Below are positions 27,748 through 36,685 of a stretch of 64,000 nt of DNA, piece by piece. This DNA comes from Patescibacteria group bacterium. GTDB lineage: Bacteria; Patescibacteriota; Microgenomatia; UBA1406. Position numbers and translations under genes: made by a program. Within the stretch, counting starts at the first letter, position 1, and each line of letters begins with the position of its first letter. The notes under the pieces are model-generated. The model did not search any database, had not been told where the DNA came from, and saw nothing but the letters and a program-made list of their open reading frames with translations. The stretch spans positions 133,177-197,176 of the forward strand of contig JBAYJK010000003.1 of assembly GCA_041665145.1 (NCBI GenBank), given 5' to 3'.

Positions 27748-28440
27748 TTACTTTCCTGCAAACGGATCCTCTTTAGCGGTGTAATCATCTTCAAGGGACG
27801 TAGTGGTCGCAGTTTGAACGTAATCCGATATCACATCAATTATGCTTTTTTCTTCTTTAGTCAAATTTTTCATATCCGGTAATGCATTCAAATCAATTTT
27901 CGGTTTATACGAGTACATCGTGATCGATAAATCACTGATCACTTTTTCCTTTCCGCTCAAGCTGATTGCGCCGATACTCATTGCCTGACCGGTTATCACT
28001 TTATAATCTTTCAGAAACCCGAGAAACGCTTCAAAACTACCTGAAGCTGTCAGGGAGATTCTTTTTGACAATAAGGCTCCTTCCACCGGCTTCTCGGCAC
28101 CGAGTGTAACAGCCTGGATGCGAAAATCTGTACGCTCACCAATCTCTTCTATCGTCGAGAGGGCGACCAGCAAATCGAATTCGCTCGGCATGAAGCTGTT
28201 TAAAATTCTATCTTTACCCCCCAGCTCCTGAATCAGATTAGTGCTAACTGCAAACGAAGATTTGATTTTGGACAGTTGTCGAGTTGTATCATTGATCTTG
28301 GTTTGAGTTTCCGCCATTCTGTTATAAGTACCGAATGAAAGCACTGCAATAATCAGAACGCTGAATGCGCTGACGATGAGCAGGTTTCTGTGATGTTTCA
28401 ATATGAACATCACCAGCGCCTGATCAAATGTCAGCTTCAT
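27748..28440 (-). CDS. pilO: Type IV pilus assembly protein PilO-like
   Basis: Single N-terminal TM, a coiled segment and a ferredoxin-like C-terminus, downstream of pilM/pilN. The start is trimmed to ATG 28440 (MKLTFDQ); the track ORF to 28578 would overlap pilN by 155 nt. Confidence 0.5.
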   Translation of the reverse strand: MKLTFDQALVMFILKHHRNLLIVSAFSVLIIAVLSFGTYNRMAETQTKINDTTRQLSKIKSSFAVSTNLIQELGGKDRILNSFMPSEFDLLVALSTIEEIGERTDFRIQAVTLGAEKPVEGALLSKRISLTASGSFEAFLGFLKDYKVITGQAMSIGAISLSGKEKVISDLSITMYSYKPKIDLNALPDMKNLTKEEKSIIDVISDYVQTATTTSLEDDYTAKEDPFAGK

Positions 28441-29011
28441 TGAATGCTCCGGTAAACTGAATAACAAAACTAGCACTATAGGTATTCTCAAAATTGCCGA
28501 GATCGTCCTTTGCCGCCCGCAATGCAACGCTATTGACTTTAAGAATGTTGAAATTGGTTTTGATAGCATCGGAATCAAATCGCTTGATCAACGAAAACAC
28601 CTCGTTGATACTGGAGCTGGTAACAGCCAAACTTACATTATTACTGTTATCCAGAGAAAAATTATCAATCGTGAATTTGCCGGTATCAGAAAGAATTCCC
28701 AATAAATACTTGTATTGTTTGTAGTACTCCGGGGAATTGAGGTATATGCCTTCGATCATCTGCAGCTTTTGGTAACTGAAAGCTGTTTTGCCGAGCGTGT
28801 CGGTATCTTGCGGTGATGACCTGAGTTCGGCCGGAATCTGCTCATACAATTTGGTGTAGCGATTTAATTGAAGGTTAAGCGTAATAATAAAGCCGATAAG
28901 AATAATAAAAGAGATCGATACCGCCGACAAAACGCTTATCTTTGTATAATACGCATACTTTTTATATGTGCCGAAGCGCGCCGTATCAGAAAAAAGATTG
29001 ATTCTACGCAT
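28424..29011 (-). CDS. pilN: Type IV pilus assembly protein PilN-like
   Basis: MRRINLF.. N-terminus, then one TM (VLSAVSISFIILIGFII) and a periplasmic domain. Follows pilM with a 3-nt gap. Confidence 0.6.
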   Translation of the reverse strand: MRRINLFSDTARFGTYKKYAYYTKISVLSAVSISFIILIGFIITLNLQLNRYTKLYEQIPAELRSSPQDTDTLGKTAFSYQKLQMIEGIYLNSPEYYKQYKYLLGILSDTGKFTIDNFSLDNSNNVSLAVTSSSINEVFSLIKRFDSDAIKTNFNILKVNSVALRAAKDDLGNFENTYSASFVIQFTGAFNEADI

Positions 29012-29014
29012 AAC

Positions 29015-30046
29015 TCAAATCGATGTTGCAATCGAGCCTACAAACATTGTGAGCTTCGTCTTGTCAACAGTCGCTGCAAATTTTAATGGCGACTTAGCAT
29101 CGAACAGTGCTGCCGTGATTTGAAAAGTCTGGTTATTCAACATTAGCGTTGAGTTTTTAAAGAGATTGGTGATTACCCCCTCGGGATCTGGTTCCATGAC
29201 ATAGAGTGCTTTTGGCATCAAACTGATCTTTTCCGTGGATGCTATAAGTATTTTTTGGACTTCTTTGCTATATTCCGCAAATAGCGGGCTGATAATTTTT
29301 TCATACAAATCCCCGCTCGTCTTCATGGTTGCCAGCTGTTTCTCCGCATCTTCTGCCGGAACGTTCAGGTTCGTCTGGATAGCTTTGACAAAGAAATTCA
29401 TCCCCAAATTAAAATCATGCATCATTAATATAAGTTTGTTCTTCATATCGAGAATTGCGGCTTGGGAACTCTTGTCACCGGCACTGATGAGCAGTATCAG
29501 ATCCTGAGGAACCGAAAAATAACCGTTAAATATTATTCTGATCACGGAAATAAATTGCGGCTCAAGGGACGTCGGGTACAACCCGCAATCAAGTATGAAG
29601 TTGCTTAACCGCTCGGCAATTTTTTTGTAGGTGGCAACGACTAAAACTGACATCTCGCGTTCCTTTTCGTCCGTTACCAGTATTTGATAGTCAAAATTTG
29701 CTTCGTCTACCGGGTAGGGAATAAATTCTTCGGCCTGTAACTCTATGGCTGAGATTATTTCTTTTTCTGAAACAAGGGGCAGTTTTAAAATTCTCACGGA
29801 ACAGTATTCATCCGGTAACGTCACAAAAAGTTCCGTGTCCCCGATTTTCTTTGCTTTCAGTGTACTCTTGATTACTCCCGAGGTTTTAATGAGCTGCTTT
29901 TCCTCATCGACCGTCAAATTTCCAAAGAGATTATTCACACCCAGTGCCACAGAGAAAGCGTCACTTACCTGAAGCACGGGATCAGCCTTCGAATAAGCTA
30001 AATAGGCATTTTTACTATCAAAAGAAATACCCAGACGAGTCTTCAT
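29015..30046 (-). CDS. pilM: Type IV pilus assembly ATPase-like protein PilM (actin-like fold)
   Basis: 343 aa. ..SEKEIISAIELQAEEFIPYPVDEANFDYQIL.. is the conserved PilM segment. Genomic context also fits. Confidence 0.75.
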   Translation of the reverse strand: MKTRLGISFDSKNAYLAYSKADPVLQVSDAFSVALGVNNLFGNLTVDEEKQLIKTSGVIKSTLKAKKIGDTELFVTLPDEYCSVRILKLPLVSEKEIISAIELQAEEFIPYPVDEANFDYQILVTDEKEREMSVLVVATYKKIAERLSNFILDCGLYPTSLEPQFISVIRIIFNGYFSVPQDLILLISAGDKSSQAAILDMKNKLILMMHDFNLGMNFFVKAIQTNLNVPAEDAEKQLATMKTSGDLYEKIISPLFAEYSKEVQKILIASTEKISLMPKALYVMEPDPEGVITNLFKNSTLMLNNQTFQITAALFDAKSPLKFAATVDKTKLTMFVGSIATSI

Positions 30047-30072
30047 ATAAACCAGTATACAACAGATAAATA

Positions 30073-30591
30073 TTAGTTGCGCAAGTACGTGTAGAATTGA
30101 TATACCATCGACTGTTCTGGCAGATAGTTAACCCTCGGAGTGTATACAACCGTGTATTTGAATTGCGCTGTTCTTGAATCAATTATCGAAAACGAAGGAA
30201 ACATGATACGGATGGGAATATCTTTGTCAGTATTTGATCGTAACAGTTGAAGAGGTGAAGCGAGTGCCGCACTGTAGGAAGCGACATTTGCGCTCGCATC
30301 CACCGCATATCCGAACGGCGTACTGTTTGAGTCGTAAAAACAAAGCACTGTCTGGTCTGCCGGAATCAAAGAAAGCCCGGCACAGGTAGAGTTGATGAGT
30401 GTTGCGCTGTTACGGACGGTGTTTATGATCTGGTTCTGAACATAATCGCCCTCCTCCTTCAGTTGTTGAGTAATGAGGAGCTGCATTTGCAATCTGGTTA
30501 TATTGAAGAATATCGAGATAAACATCGGTAACATAAAGCCGATCACCGCAATCACTACGACTATCTCGATTATAGTAAACGCTTTTTTCAT
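30073..30591 (-). CDS. Minor pilin-like protein (prepilin-type N-terminal cleavage/methylation domain)
   Basis: MKKAF|TIIEIVVVIAVIGF has the class III signal with Glu+5. Confidence 0.7.
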   Translation of the reverse strand: MKKAFTIIEIVVVIAVIGFMLPMFISIFFNITRLQMQLLITQQLKEEGDYVQNQIINTVRNSATLINSTCAGLSLIPADQTVLCFYDSNSTPFGYAVDASANVASYSAALASPLQLLRSNTDKDIPIRIMFPSFSIIDSRTAQFKYTVVYTPRVNYLPEQSMVYQFYTYLRN

Positions 30592-30592
30592 A

Positions 30593-31063
30593 TTAGTGAT
30601 TGGTTAATAAAGAGACTATTTGCGAACTTCTCACAAAACCCACACTGTTCCAAGAAGTTGTCACGGTAGCGGTCAATTCAGAATTATCAGCCGCCCGTGA
30701 AAGTAGCAGCTCCCGCCTGAAAAAGTTATTCAGTGAAAAAGTGGTACAGGAACCCACAGCAGGCCAAACAATCTCGGTGCTGTTAAAACAGTACGTTGTT
30801 CCACCAACCGAGGCACGGGATAGGATACTGGGGTATCCCTGGCTTTCATTCTGATACTTCAACCATTCGGACAGTTCCTCTGAAGCATGAGATGCCATTA
30901 TTTTATATTGAGCATTTTTCAAACCCAAACCCGCGTAGTTAACTGACGCAAATATCAGGACGATTGATACGGTAAAGAGGGCAACAAACACTACTACCTC
31001 GATGAGAGTAAACGCCCGATTACGGACACGTGGTTTGGTTGTCATACGATTCAATACTTCCAT
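30593..31063 (-). CDS. Minor pilin-like protein
   Basis: ..RNRAF|TLIEVVVFVALF prepilin motif. Start ambiguous (31063 or 31045). Confidence 0.65.
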   Translation of the reverse strand: MEVLNRMTTKPRVRNRAFTLIEVVVFVALFTVSIVLIFASVNYAGLGLKNAQYKIMASHASEELSEWLKYQNESQGYPSILSRASVGGTTYCFNSTEIVWPAVGSCTTFSLNNFFRRELLLSRAADNSELTATVTTSWNSVGFVRSSQIVSLLTNH

Positions 31064-31553
31064 TTGATAAGACTACAATTCTCGAAAATTTTGACAGAGC
31101 GGACTGTTGTAAACAAACGGTAATATCAGTACCGGTATTTGTTACGCCGGTAAGACGCTTAAAGAAGAAATTGGCAACCGGTGCGGCACCGCTATTGAAT
31201 GCCGTTACTGCAACTCCACCATATTTTGTGCCCAGTGCCAGTGAACGCAATGGGGTACCCGCAATAGCCGGACAGAAATATGACAGGCTAACGGTATTTG
31301 TTCCGATGTTCGCCGCCATGCCATACCCCTGAAACGTGTCGGCAGTACAGCTCGGCTGAATTTGATTTGCTTGAGTCTGTTGTCGCGCAAGACGGATCAT
31401 TTCCAGAACTTCAGTCTTAGCCGAAGCAAGGTTTTTTGATTGGTTCGTAATGACGTAATTCATAACCGCCATTCCGGTGAAAACTCCCACCAAGGCAATC
31501 ACTACAACCAACTCGATAAGCGTAAATGCTTTCTTCACACTATTGAGATCCAA
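31020..31553 (-). CDS. Minor pilin-like protein
   Basis: MDLNSVKKAF|TLIELVVVIALVG prepilin motif. Confidence 0.7.
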   Translation of the reverse strand: MDLNSVKKAFTLIELVVVIALVGVFTGMAVMNYVITNQSKNLASAKTEVLEMIRLARQQTQANQIQPSCTADTFQGYGMAANIGTNTVSLSYFCPAIAGTPLRSLALGTKYGGVAVTAFNSGAAPVANFFFKRLTGVTNTGTDITVCLQQSALSKFSRIVVLSNGSIESYDNQTTCP

Positions 31554-31959
31554 GTGGAGTCAACTTATACATACAGTTTGACGATCCACACATCGCACAA
31601 CAGGACTTAAGTGACCCGCCTGACTCAAGCGTTGAACAAAGGTCATAATTGATCACGTTCCCCGATCCGTCCGTGGCCGGACAGTACACATAACTTGCCG
31701 TCCCCGACTTCGGATCCGCGGGTACAGCAATGAGATACTTACTCGGAACAAGTGTCGTCATCAATCCCGGGTAATAGTTAGTATCATTCTTATACTGCTC
31801 GAGTGCCGCACGGACATTCTCCAAATCACCTTTTCGCTTCGCGTCCCGTGATTGCTTACCCAGTGATGCGTAGGTTGTAATTCCCAGTGTCGCGAGCAAA
31901 GAAATAATGGTTGTTACGACAAGAAGTTCTATTATTGTGAATCCTCTCTTTTTTATCAT
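31540..31959 (-). CDS. GspG/PilE-like pilin paralog 1
   Basis: MIKKRGF|TIIELLVV.. followed by SRDAKRKGDLENVRAALEQY. Cys-containing C-terminus. Confidence 0.8.
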   Translation of the reverse strand: MIKKRGFTIIELLVVTTIISLLATLGITTYASLGKQSRDAKRKGDLENVRAALEQYKNDTNYYPGLMTTLVPSKYLIAVPADPKSGTASYVYCPATDGSGNVINYDLCSTLESGGSLKSCCAMCGSSNCMYKLTPLGSQ

Positions 31960-32354
31960 TGTTGATTGGATACACAGATTGAACTTTCAATTTCTGCGTC
32001 TGCGCAGAGAGTAAACTGCGTATTGTCACAGGTTCCGCTACAATCATATGCGGTGCCATCCTTCGGATCAAAAGGAATCTGACCGGTCGGTAATATTGTC
32101 AGAGCTGAAGCTGCACAGACAATTGCCGTATTAACACCGGTTCCCGGAAAAACAGTCGGGTACAAATTTCCGCAAACTGCATAATATTGTTCCATGGATT
32201 GTTGCAACGTTTTCAGATCACCTCTGCGTTTTGCATCCCTACTCTTTCTTTGAATGGATGAGTAACTTGCAGCTCCGATTGCTAACAAAACCGCGATTAT
32301 GCCGATAACAACTAAAAGTTCGAGAAGGCTAAAGCCTTTTTTGCTCACATTCAT
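31956..32354 (-). CDS. GspG/PilE-like pilin paralog 2
   Basis: MNVSKKGF|SLLELLVV.. followed by SRDAKRRGDLKTLQQSMEQY. Confidence 0.8.
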   Translation of the reverse strand: MNVSKKGFSLLELLVVIGIIAVLLAIGAASYSSIQRKSRDAKRRGDLKTLQQSMEQYYAVCGNLYPTVFPGTGVNTAIVCAASALTILPTGQIPFDPKDGTAYDCSGTCDNTQFTLCADAEIESSICVSNQQ

Positions 32355-32379
32355 GTTAGTAAGTAAAATTTAAAACTAA

Positions 32380-32853
32380 TTATGGCTCAGTTACAATATA
32401 CCACGTTTGAGTCGTGCATCCCGACCAACTTGTCCCGACGGGAGCATTGTCCTGCGTTTCAGGATCGCTTGCGTCCTCCAGACACGCTCCGAGATAATAT
32501 GTTGTCGGGTCAACCGCAGCATCGGAGTAATAACGATACGAATACATACCGGGGTTCGATGCGTATAACGGGTCCGTCGGCATAGTCATATACTTTACAT
32601 TATTGTAAATCCATACCTGACCGGGTTGGGGTATGTCCACAGGATCAGGATATGCAGGCAATGGTTGGTTATTCTTGTAAAGCTCCAAGGCTTGAGCAAA
32701 CCCCCGTAGATCAGCCTTGCGTTTCTCGTCGCGTGCTTTCAGTCTGGCTTCGTTTAAATTTGGCAGTAAAACACCGATCAATATCGCAACGATAGTTATA
32801 ACGATAAGTATCTCGATGAGCGAAAAGGCTTTGTTTTTTTTAGGGAACTGCAT
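32380..32853 (-). CDS. GspG/PilE-like pilin paralog 3
   Basis: ..KKNKAF|SLIEILIV.. followed by ARDEKRKADLRGFAQALELY. Start at ATG 32853, or alternatively 32871. Confidence 0.75.
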   Translation of the reverse strand: MQFPKKNKAFSLIEILIVITIVAILIGVLLPNLNEARLKARDEKRKADLRGFAQALELYKNNQPLPAYPDPVDIPQPGQVWIYNNVKYMTMPTDPLYASNPGMYSYRYYSDAAVDPTTYYLGACLEDASDPETQDNAPVGTSWSGCTTQTWYIVTEP

Positions 32854-33313
32854 TCCCGCTAGATATTCCATAGTTGCATATGTTACCGCACTTTACGCCG
32901 CAATTCGGCACCGGGTTCGGGTTAATTTCATTGTAACTGTAATCCAGATTATTCTCAAGACAAGAATACAATTTGTATGAAGTGCCGTCGGATTGCAATA
33001 CGTAGTTGTACCCGTTATCAACGGGGTCTTGCGGCAGTTTCTGCATGTACACCTTCGGGACTGCGCGTGTATCCTGAAAGACTTGAGACCAGTTCATTCC
33101 CCCCGTGTATGCCGGGTCCGCTGTCGGATATACGTTATTCTCAGAATAGTAGACTTCGAGAGCTTTGCCGATATTATCAAGATCCTGCTTTCGTTTACTG
33201 TCTCTGCCTTTGGACAGCGCTGAAGTAAAGTTGCTGAAAATAATCCCTGCAAGAACTGTCAAAATAGCCATGACTGTCATAAGCTCCAAAAGCGTAAATC
33301 CTTGTTTTTTCAT
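32840..33313 (-). CDS. GspG/PilE-like pilin paralog 4
   Basis: MKKQGF|TLLELMTV.. followed by GRDSKRKQDLDNIGKALEVY. Start trimmed to ATG 33313. Confidence 0.8.
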   Translation of the reverse strand: MKKQGFTLLELMTVMAILTVLAGIIFSNFTSALSKGRDSKRKQDLDNIGKALEVYYSENNVYPTADPAYTGGMNWSQVFQDTRAVPKVYMQKLPQDPVDNGYNYVLQSDGTSYKLYSCLENNLDYSYNEINPNPVPNCGVKCGNICNYGISSGNAVP

Positions 33314-33329
33314 AATTTTTTCATAATAA

Positions 33330-34001
33330 CTATTGATTACAATATTGCAGGCACCAATTGGCTTGGCAATAAATACGTGCATATCCTCCACAATTCATAT
33401 TGGGACAACCTCTACAATACGTAGTTGTTCCGGGATAGCATCCGATATATTGCGTAGGCTGACATGCGGGTAGCGTGAGACTTGGAGAAGTGACATCGTA
33501 ATTGAAAAAGTTTTCAGAGATGGAAGAAGCAGGATACTGTTGATCCAAATAATAGCTGCAACCCATGTTACAAGCAGATGTCTTGAGCGTGGGATCATTT
33601 TTGTTCTTCAATATAACAAATACCGCATAGTCTTGTCCGCCGTTCGTCAAAAAGTAAACATAATCATTCGTCGGAGAATCCGGGCTACAGGGCAGTTCCC
33701 TCGTATAGGGAGCAATTCCGCTGCCGATGAATTTGCTCCCGCACACCCGTCCGGCGGTTGGAGTGTCTGTCATGGTCACATAGGTCATTTCCGACACCGG
33801 GGGGTACACATGATTATCAGCGTAATACTCTTCAGCAATACGTTGAATCGACGCCATGTCTTCTTTTTTCTTTGTGTCCATCGCTTTTTGTATCTGAAAA
33901 TAGTAGTTAGTAGTCAACATGATACCGAATATTATGATCGCAAGAATGAAGACGACCATCAGCTCCATGAGCGTCACACCGTTAAGTTTTCTTATAGCCA
34001 T
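33330..34001 (-). CDS. Pilin-like protein with a 12-Cys C-terminal domain (paralog 5)
   Basis: ..KLNG|VTLMELMVV (Glu+5 kept, Val+1), then AMDTKKKEDMASIQRIAEEY. The C-terminus is ..YCRGCPNMNCGGYARIYCQANWCLQYCNQ. Confidence 0.7.
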   Translation of the reverse strand: MAIRKLNGVTLMELMVVFILAIIIFGIMLTTNYYFQIQKAMDTKKKEDMASIQRIAEEYYADNHVYPPVSEMTYVTMTDTPTAGRVCGSKFIGSGIAPYTRELPCSPDSPTNDYVYFLTNGGQDYAVFVILKNKNDPTLKTSACNMGCSYYLDQQYPASSISENFFNYDVTSPSLTLPACQPTQYIGCYPGTTTYCRGCPNMNCGGYARIYCQANWCLQYCNQ

Positions 34002-34717
34002 AATGCACAGAGCAATCCGATAACTAAAAATGGACCCAAAGCAATTCTCGATTGCAGTTTTTTAAACCTCCCTATAAGCAGTATTACAGAGAGGACGCCA
34101 CCTGTCAAGAACGCAATGTACAGCGCGAGAAACAGGTTTGGTAAGGTCAACAGAAAACCCATAGCAAAGACAAGTTTGACGTCGGCATACCCCATTGCCT
34201 GCCCCGAACTCAACACATGAAGCAATAGAAATAAGGTAGCCGCTATAAGGCTTCCTCCTAAGTAAAAGGGTAGCAATGATGCTGTAGTAATAAGCCCTAT
34301 TGCCAATAGTGGAATCAGTGCTTCGTCGAGAATAATTTGCCATTTTATGTCGGTAATAAGAATAACAACCGCACACGAAGAAACAACAATTAATTTCAGT
34401 AAATTGAGATCGAGCAGATACTGATTCCGCACAAAACTGATTACAAAGAGCACCCCGGTAAGAATTTCTACAAGAAAATACTGCGACGAAATTTTTTTAT
34501 GACAATAGCGACACGTTCCCATCGTGGAAAAATATGAAACAACGGGAATCAGATCGAACCATTGCAGAGTTTTATGACAATAATCACAGTGCGATCTGCC
34601 ATTAATACTCTCACCTGCCGGCACCCGTTCCGCAACCACATTCAGAAAAGATCCGATACACATCCCGAATACAAACACAAAAAACGTAAACATTGGGAGC
34701 AGGTTACTTTCCACCAT
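33992..34717 (-). CDS. pilD: Prepilin peptidase (A24 family) PilD
   Basis: GMCIGSFLNVVAERVP, a Zn-binding CDYC..CRYC region and multiple TMs. Start trimmed to ATG 34717; the track ORF to 34921 overlaps the upstream gene by 218 nt. Confidence 0.85.
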   Translation of the reverse strand: MVESNLLPMFTFFVFVFGMCIGSFLNVVAERVPAGESINGRSHCDYCHKTLQWFDLIPVVSYFSTMGTCRYCHKKISSQYFLVEILTGVLFVISFVRNQYLLDLNLLKLIVVSSCAVVILITDIKWQIILDEALIPLLAIGLITTASLLPFYLGGSLIAATLFLLLHVLSSGQAMGYADVKLVFAMGFLLTLPNLFLALYIAFLTGGVLSVILLIGRFKKLQSRIALGPFLVIGLLCALWL

Positions 34718-36668
34718 TTCGTACAGACTCCGCATACTTATAAACAATGTTCCAAAAATTCGCTTGCCGCAAGTCTTTGAAACACGCCGCCGACAGTTGT
34801 GACAGACGTTCTGCAACCAGCGGTTCCGCATACACTTTGAATGCCTTCTCCCACATCTTATATGCATTCCGACAATCATTCTGTTTATAGTAAAGCACCC
34901 CCATTGCATACATGGTCTCATTACTCGGATCTGCGCTGTTGAGAACCTTATAGAACTTCAATGCATAGTTGTAGTTCTTTTTCGCGTTATAGTGGTTGAT
35001 GAAAAAGTTCAACGATTTTACCAGATATTTCTTGACTTCCAAAATGCCGTAAAGCGGAAACATTTCGCGTGAAACTCCGGTAATATATTTTATGTCGTGA
35101 TAAAAGGCGAGTGCTTTTGTGCTGTCAATCGCGACTGGTTGCTCACTGACCTGGTATAGCGGCCCCATTTGCTTGTAGCGTTTAAAGCCCTCGATATGGA
35201 AGTTCGTAAATACCGGACGCGTGCGCGAATTCAGTAGCACCAGATCATTCAAGAGATCTTTTGACTTCTTAGGCATCAGAATCTTACGGGAGGTCAGATA
35301 CTTTCTGTTTGCTTCGTAAAGTTCTTCGTGTTCTGCGTGCATCGCAATAAACACCGTCACATCTGGACGATAGCCTTGAACCACCGAAACATATTGGATG
35401 GGCATGGCAAACGGATCGCTTTTCACAACGAGCAGACTGTTCTTTGGTAGCAGATTAAGGACATTACGCGCATATCGTTCAAGACCGGTATAATGAGACA
35501 GCTCCCGAAAATAGGTAAAATATTTAAGAAAAAGCAAACCCGCGACAAAAAATACTGTCAGGCCAACACACCAGCTCAGCAATTTACCTTTCTTGGTCAG
35601 AGTACTGAGTTTGAGTTCGATCTGGGAAATTCCGATAAAAATGAATAACGAAATTACCGGAAATGAGTACAGTAGAAATCGTTGTGATATTGCTCTGCTC
35701 ATATAATTGGTCAAAGGCAAGGGGTAGACAAAGTAAAGCAGCGGGCCGAACAGTAAAAAAATCCCCAGCAGGACCCCCCCGGTCAAATTACTTTTTCGCA
35801 CACTGACAATAATCCCGAATAACGCAATCACCAGCAGAATGGAAAACATCTCAAATAATTCGTTAAGGTATGTTCCGAGCGAAATAAATCTGGTTGAGAA
35901 ATCGGAGAATCTCGGGTCACTAAAAAGACTTAACGTGCCATACGGCATACGAAGCGCAATAAAGAAAAGCTTCGCCAAGGAGTCTGTCGGAAACCATAGG
36001 TGCGGCACTGTGCTTTGGACAGTTTTCCCGAGAAACACCACGTATGGTGTAAATCCAGCAACTGCAGCTAGAAAGAGTCCGCTCAAATCAACCAATCGAG
36101 CAACTCGGTATTTATACAAGTATGCAAAGATATAGAAAGGTAGTAGCAGAACGAGAATATACTGATGAAAAATCCCGAAAAACAGAACAATAAGTCCCAT
36201 GAAAAACTCTTTCCGGGAGACATTCTCCTTTATCAGAGCACGGGTAATAATCAGAACGACAAAGCTGAGAAAAAAAATTGTCCACATAAATACTTCCTGA
36301 GAAATCGAATACAACCACCACAGGGGGGTAAAATAGGTTATAAGTAACGCTCCTGCCGACAGATACCACGGGCAATCTTTGCCAAAAAAATGACGATAGA
36401 CGTGTCGATACAGTTTGTAGAGAACAATGAGGGTTAAAACGGAAGCGACGGCAGAACTGAGAGACAAGACATACGTAACGGAGAAAGACGGCAACAAGTT
36501 TTTCAACATCCCTCCGAACACAAGATATAGCGGATATCCCGGAGGATGTGCTATCTGCCCCAAGAATAATGAGGTTGCCAAGTCCCCCGCATCAACTGTC
36601 CACAAATAACGAAGCAGCGTGCTCGCGAGCACGCTGCTTACTAATGCGACAAGTATCACTATTTGCAT
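34704..36668 (-). CDS. DUF2723/TMEM260-like GT-C membrane protein with C-terminal TPR-like domain
   Basis: 654 aa. N-terminal loop AGDLATSLFLGQIAHPPGYPLYLVFG matches my recollection of the DUF2723 signature (GDxxE..HPPGYP). About 11 TMs and a helical-repeat C-terminus. Starts 17 nt after the pilA stop. Confidence 0.7.
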   Translation of the reverse strand: MQIVILVALVSSVLASTLLRYLWTVDAGDLATSLFLGQIAHPPGYPLYLVFGGMLKNLLPSFSVTYVLSLSSAVASVLTLIVLYKLYRHVYRHFFGKDCPWYLSAGALLITYFTPLWWLYSISQEVFMWTIFFLSFVVLIITRALIKENVSRKEFFMGLIVLFFGIFHQYILVLLLPFYIFAYLYKYRVARLVDLSGLFLAAVAGFTPYVVFLGKTVQSTVPHLWFPTDSLAKLFFIALRMPYGTLSLFSDPRFSDFSTRFISLGTYLNELFEMFSILLVIALFGIIVSVRKSNLTGGVLLGIFLLFGPLLYFVYPLPLTNYMSRAISQRFLLYSFPVISLFIFIGISQIELKLSTLTKKGKLLSWCVGLTVFFVAGLLFLKYFTYFRELSHYTGLERYARNVLNLLPKNSLLVVKSDPFAMPIQYVSVVQGYRPDVTVFIAMHAEHEELYEANRKYLTSRKILMPKKSKDLLNDLVLLNSRTRPVFTNFHIEGFKRYKQMGPLYQVSEQPVAIDSTKALAFYHDIKYITGVSREMFPLYGILEVKKYLVKSLNFFINHYNAKKNYNYALKFYKVLNSADPSNETMYAMGVLYYKQNDCRNAYKMWEKAFKVYAEPLVAERLSQLSAACFKDLRQANFWNIVYKYAESVRNGGK

Positions 36669-36685
36669 ACCTTAGTTCCGGAGCA

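Noticed and set aside
27748-28578. N-terminally extended versions of pilO (to 28578), pilD (to 34921), pilA (to 37318), pilin paralog 4 (to 33391) and metK (from 54024), as given in the ORF track.
   Set aside because: The extensions overlap the upstream genes or the SAM riboswitch by 50-220 nt. They precede the recognisable N-termini (class III signal peptides, the PilD TM1, the MetK MKIFTSES..), so internal ATGs were chosen instead.
33540-34220. 226-aa plus-strand ORF spanning the pilin/pilD junction. Other long antisense ORFs occur in membrane genes (57736-58398, 3348-3692, 8457-9041, 7805-8365).
   Set aside because: They are antisense to genes with strong family signatures (pilin, PilD, EamA, MacB, GH130) and have no motifs of their own. 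They cross gene boundaries in ways inconsistent with the operon structure.
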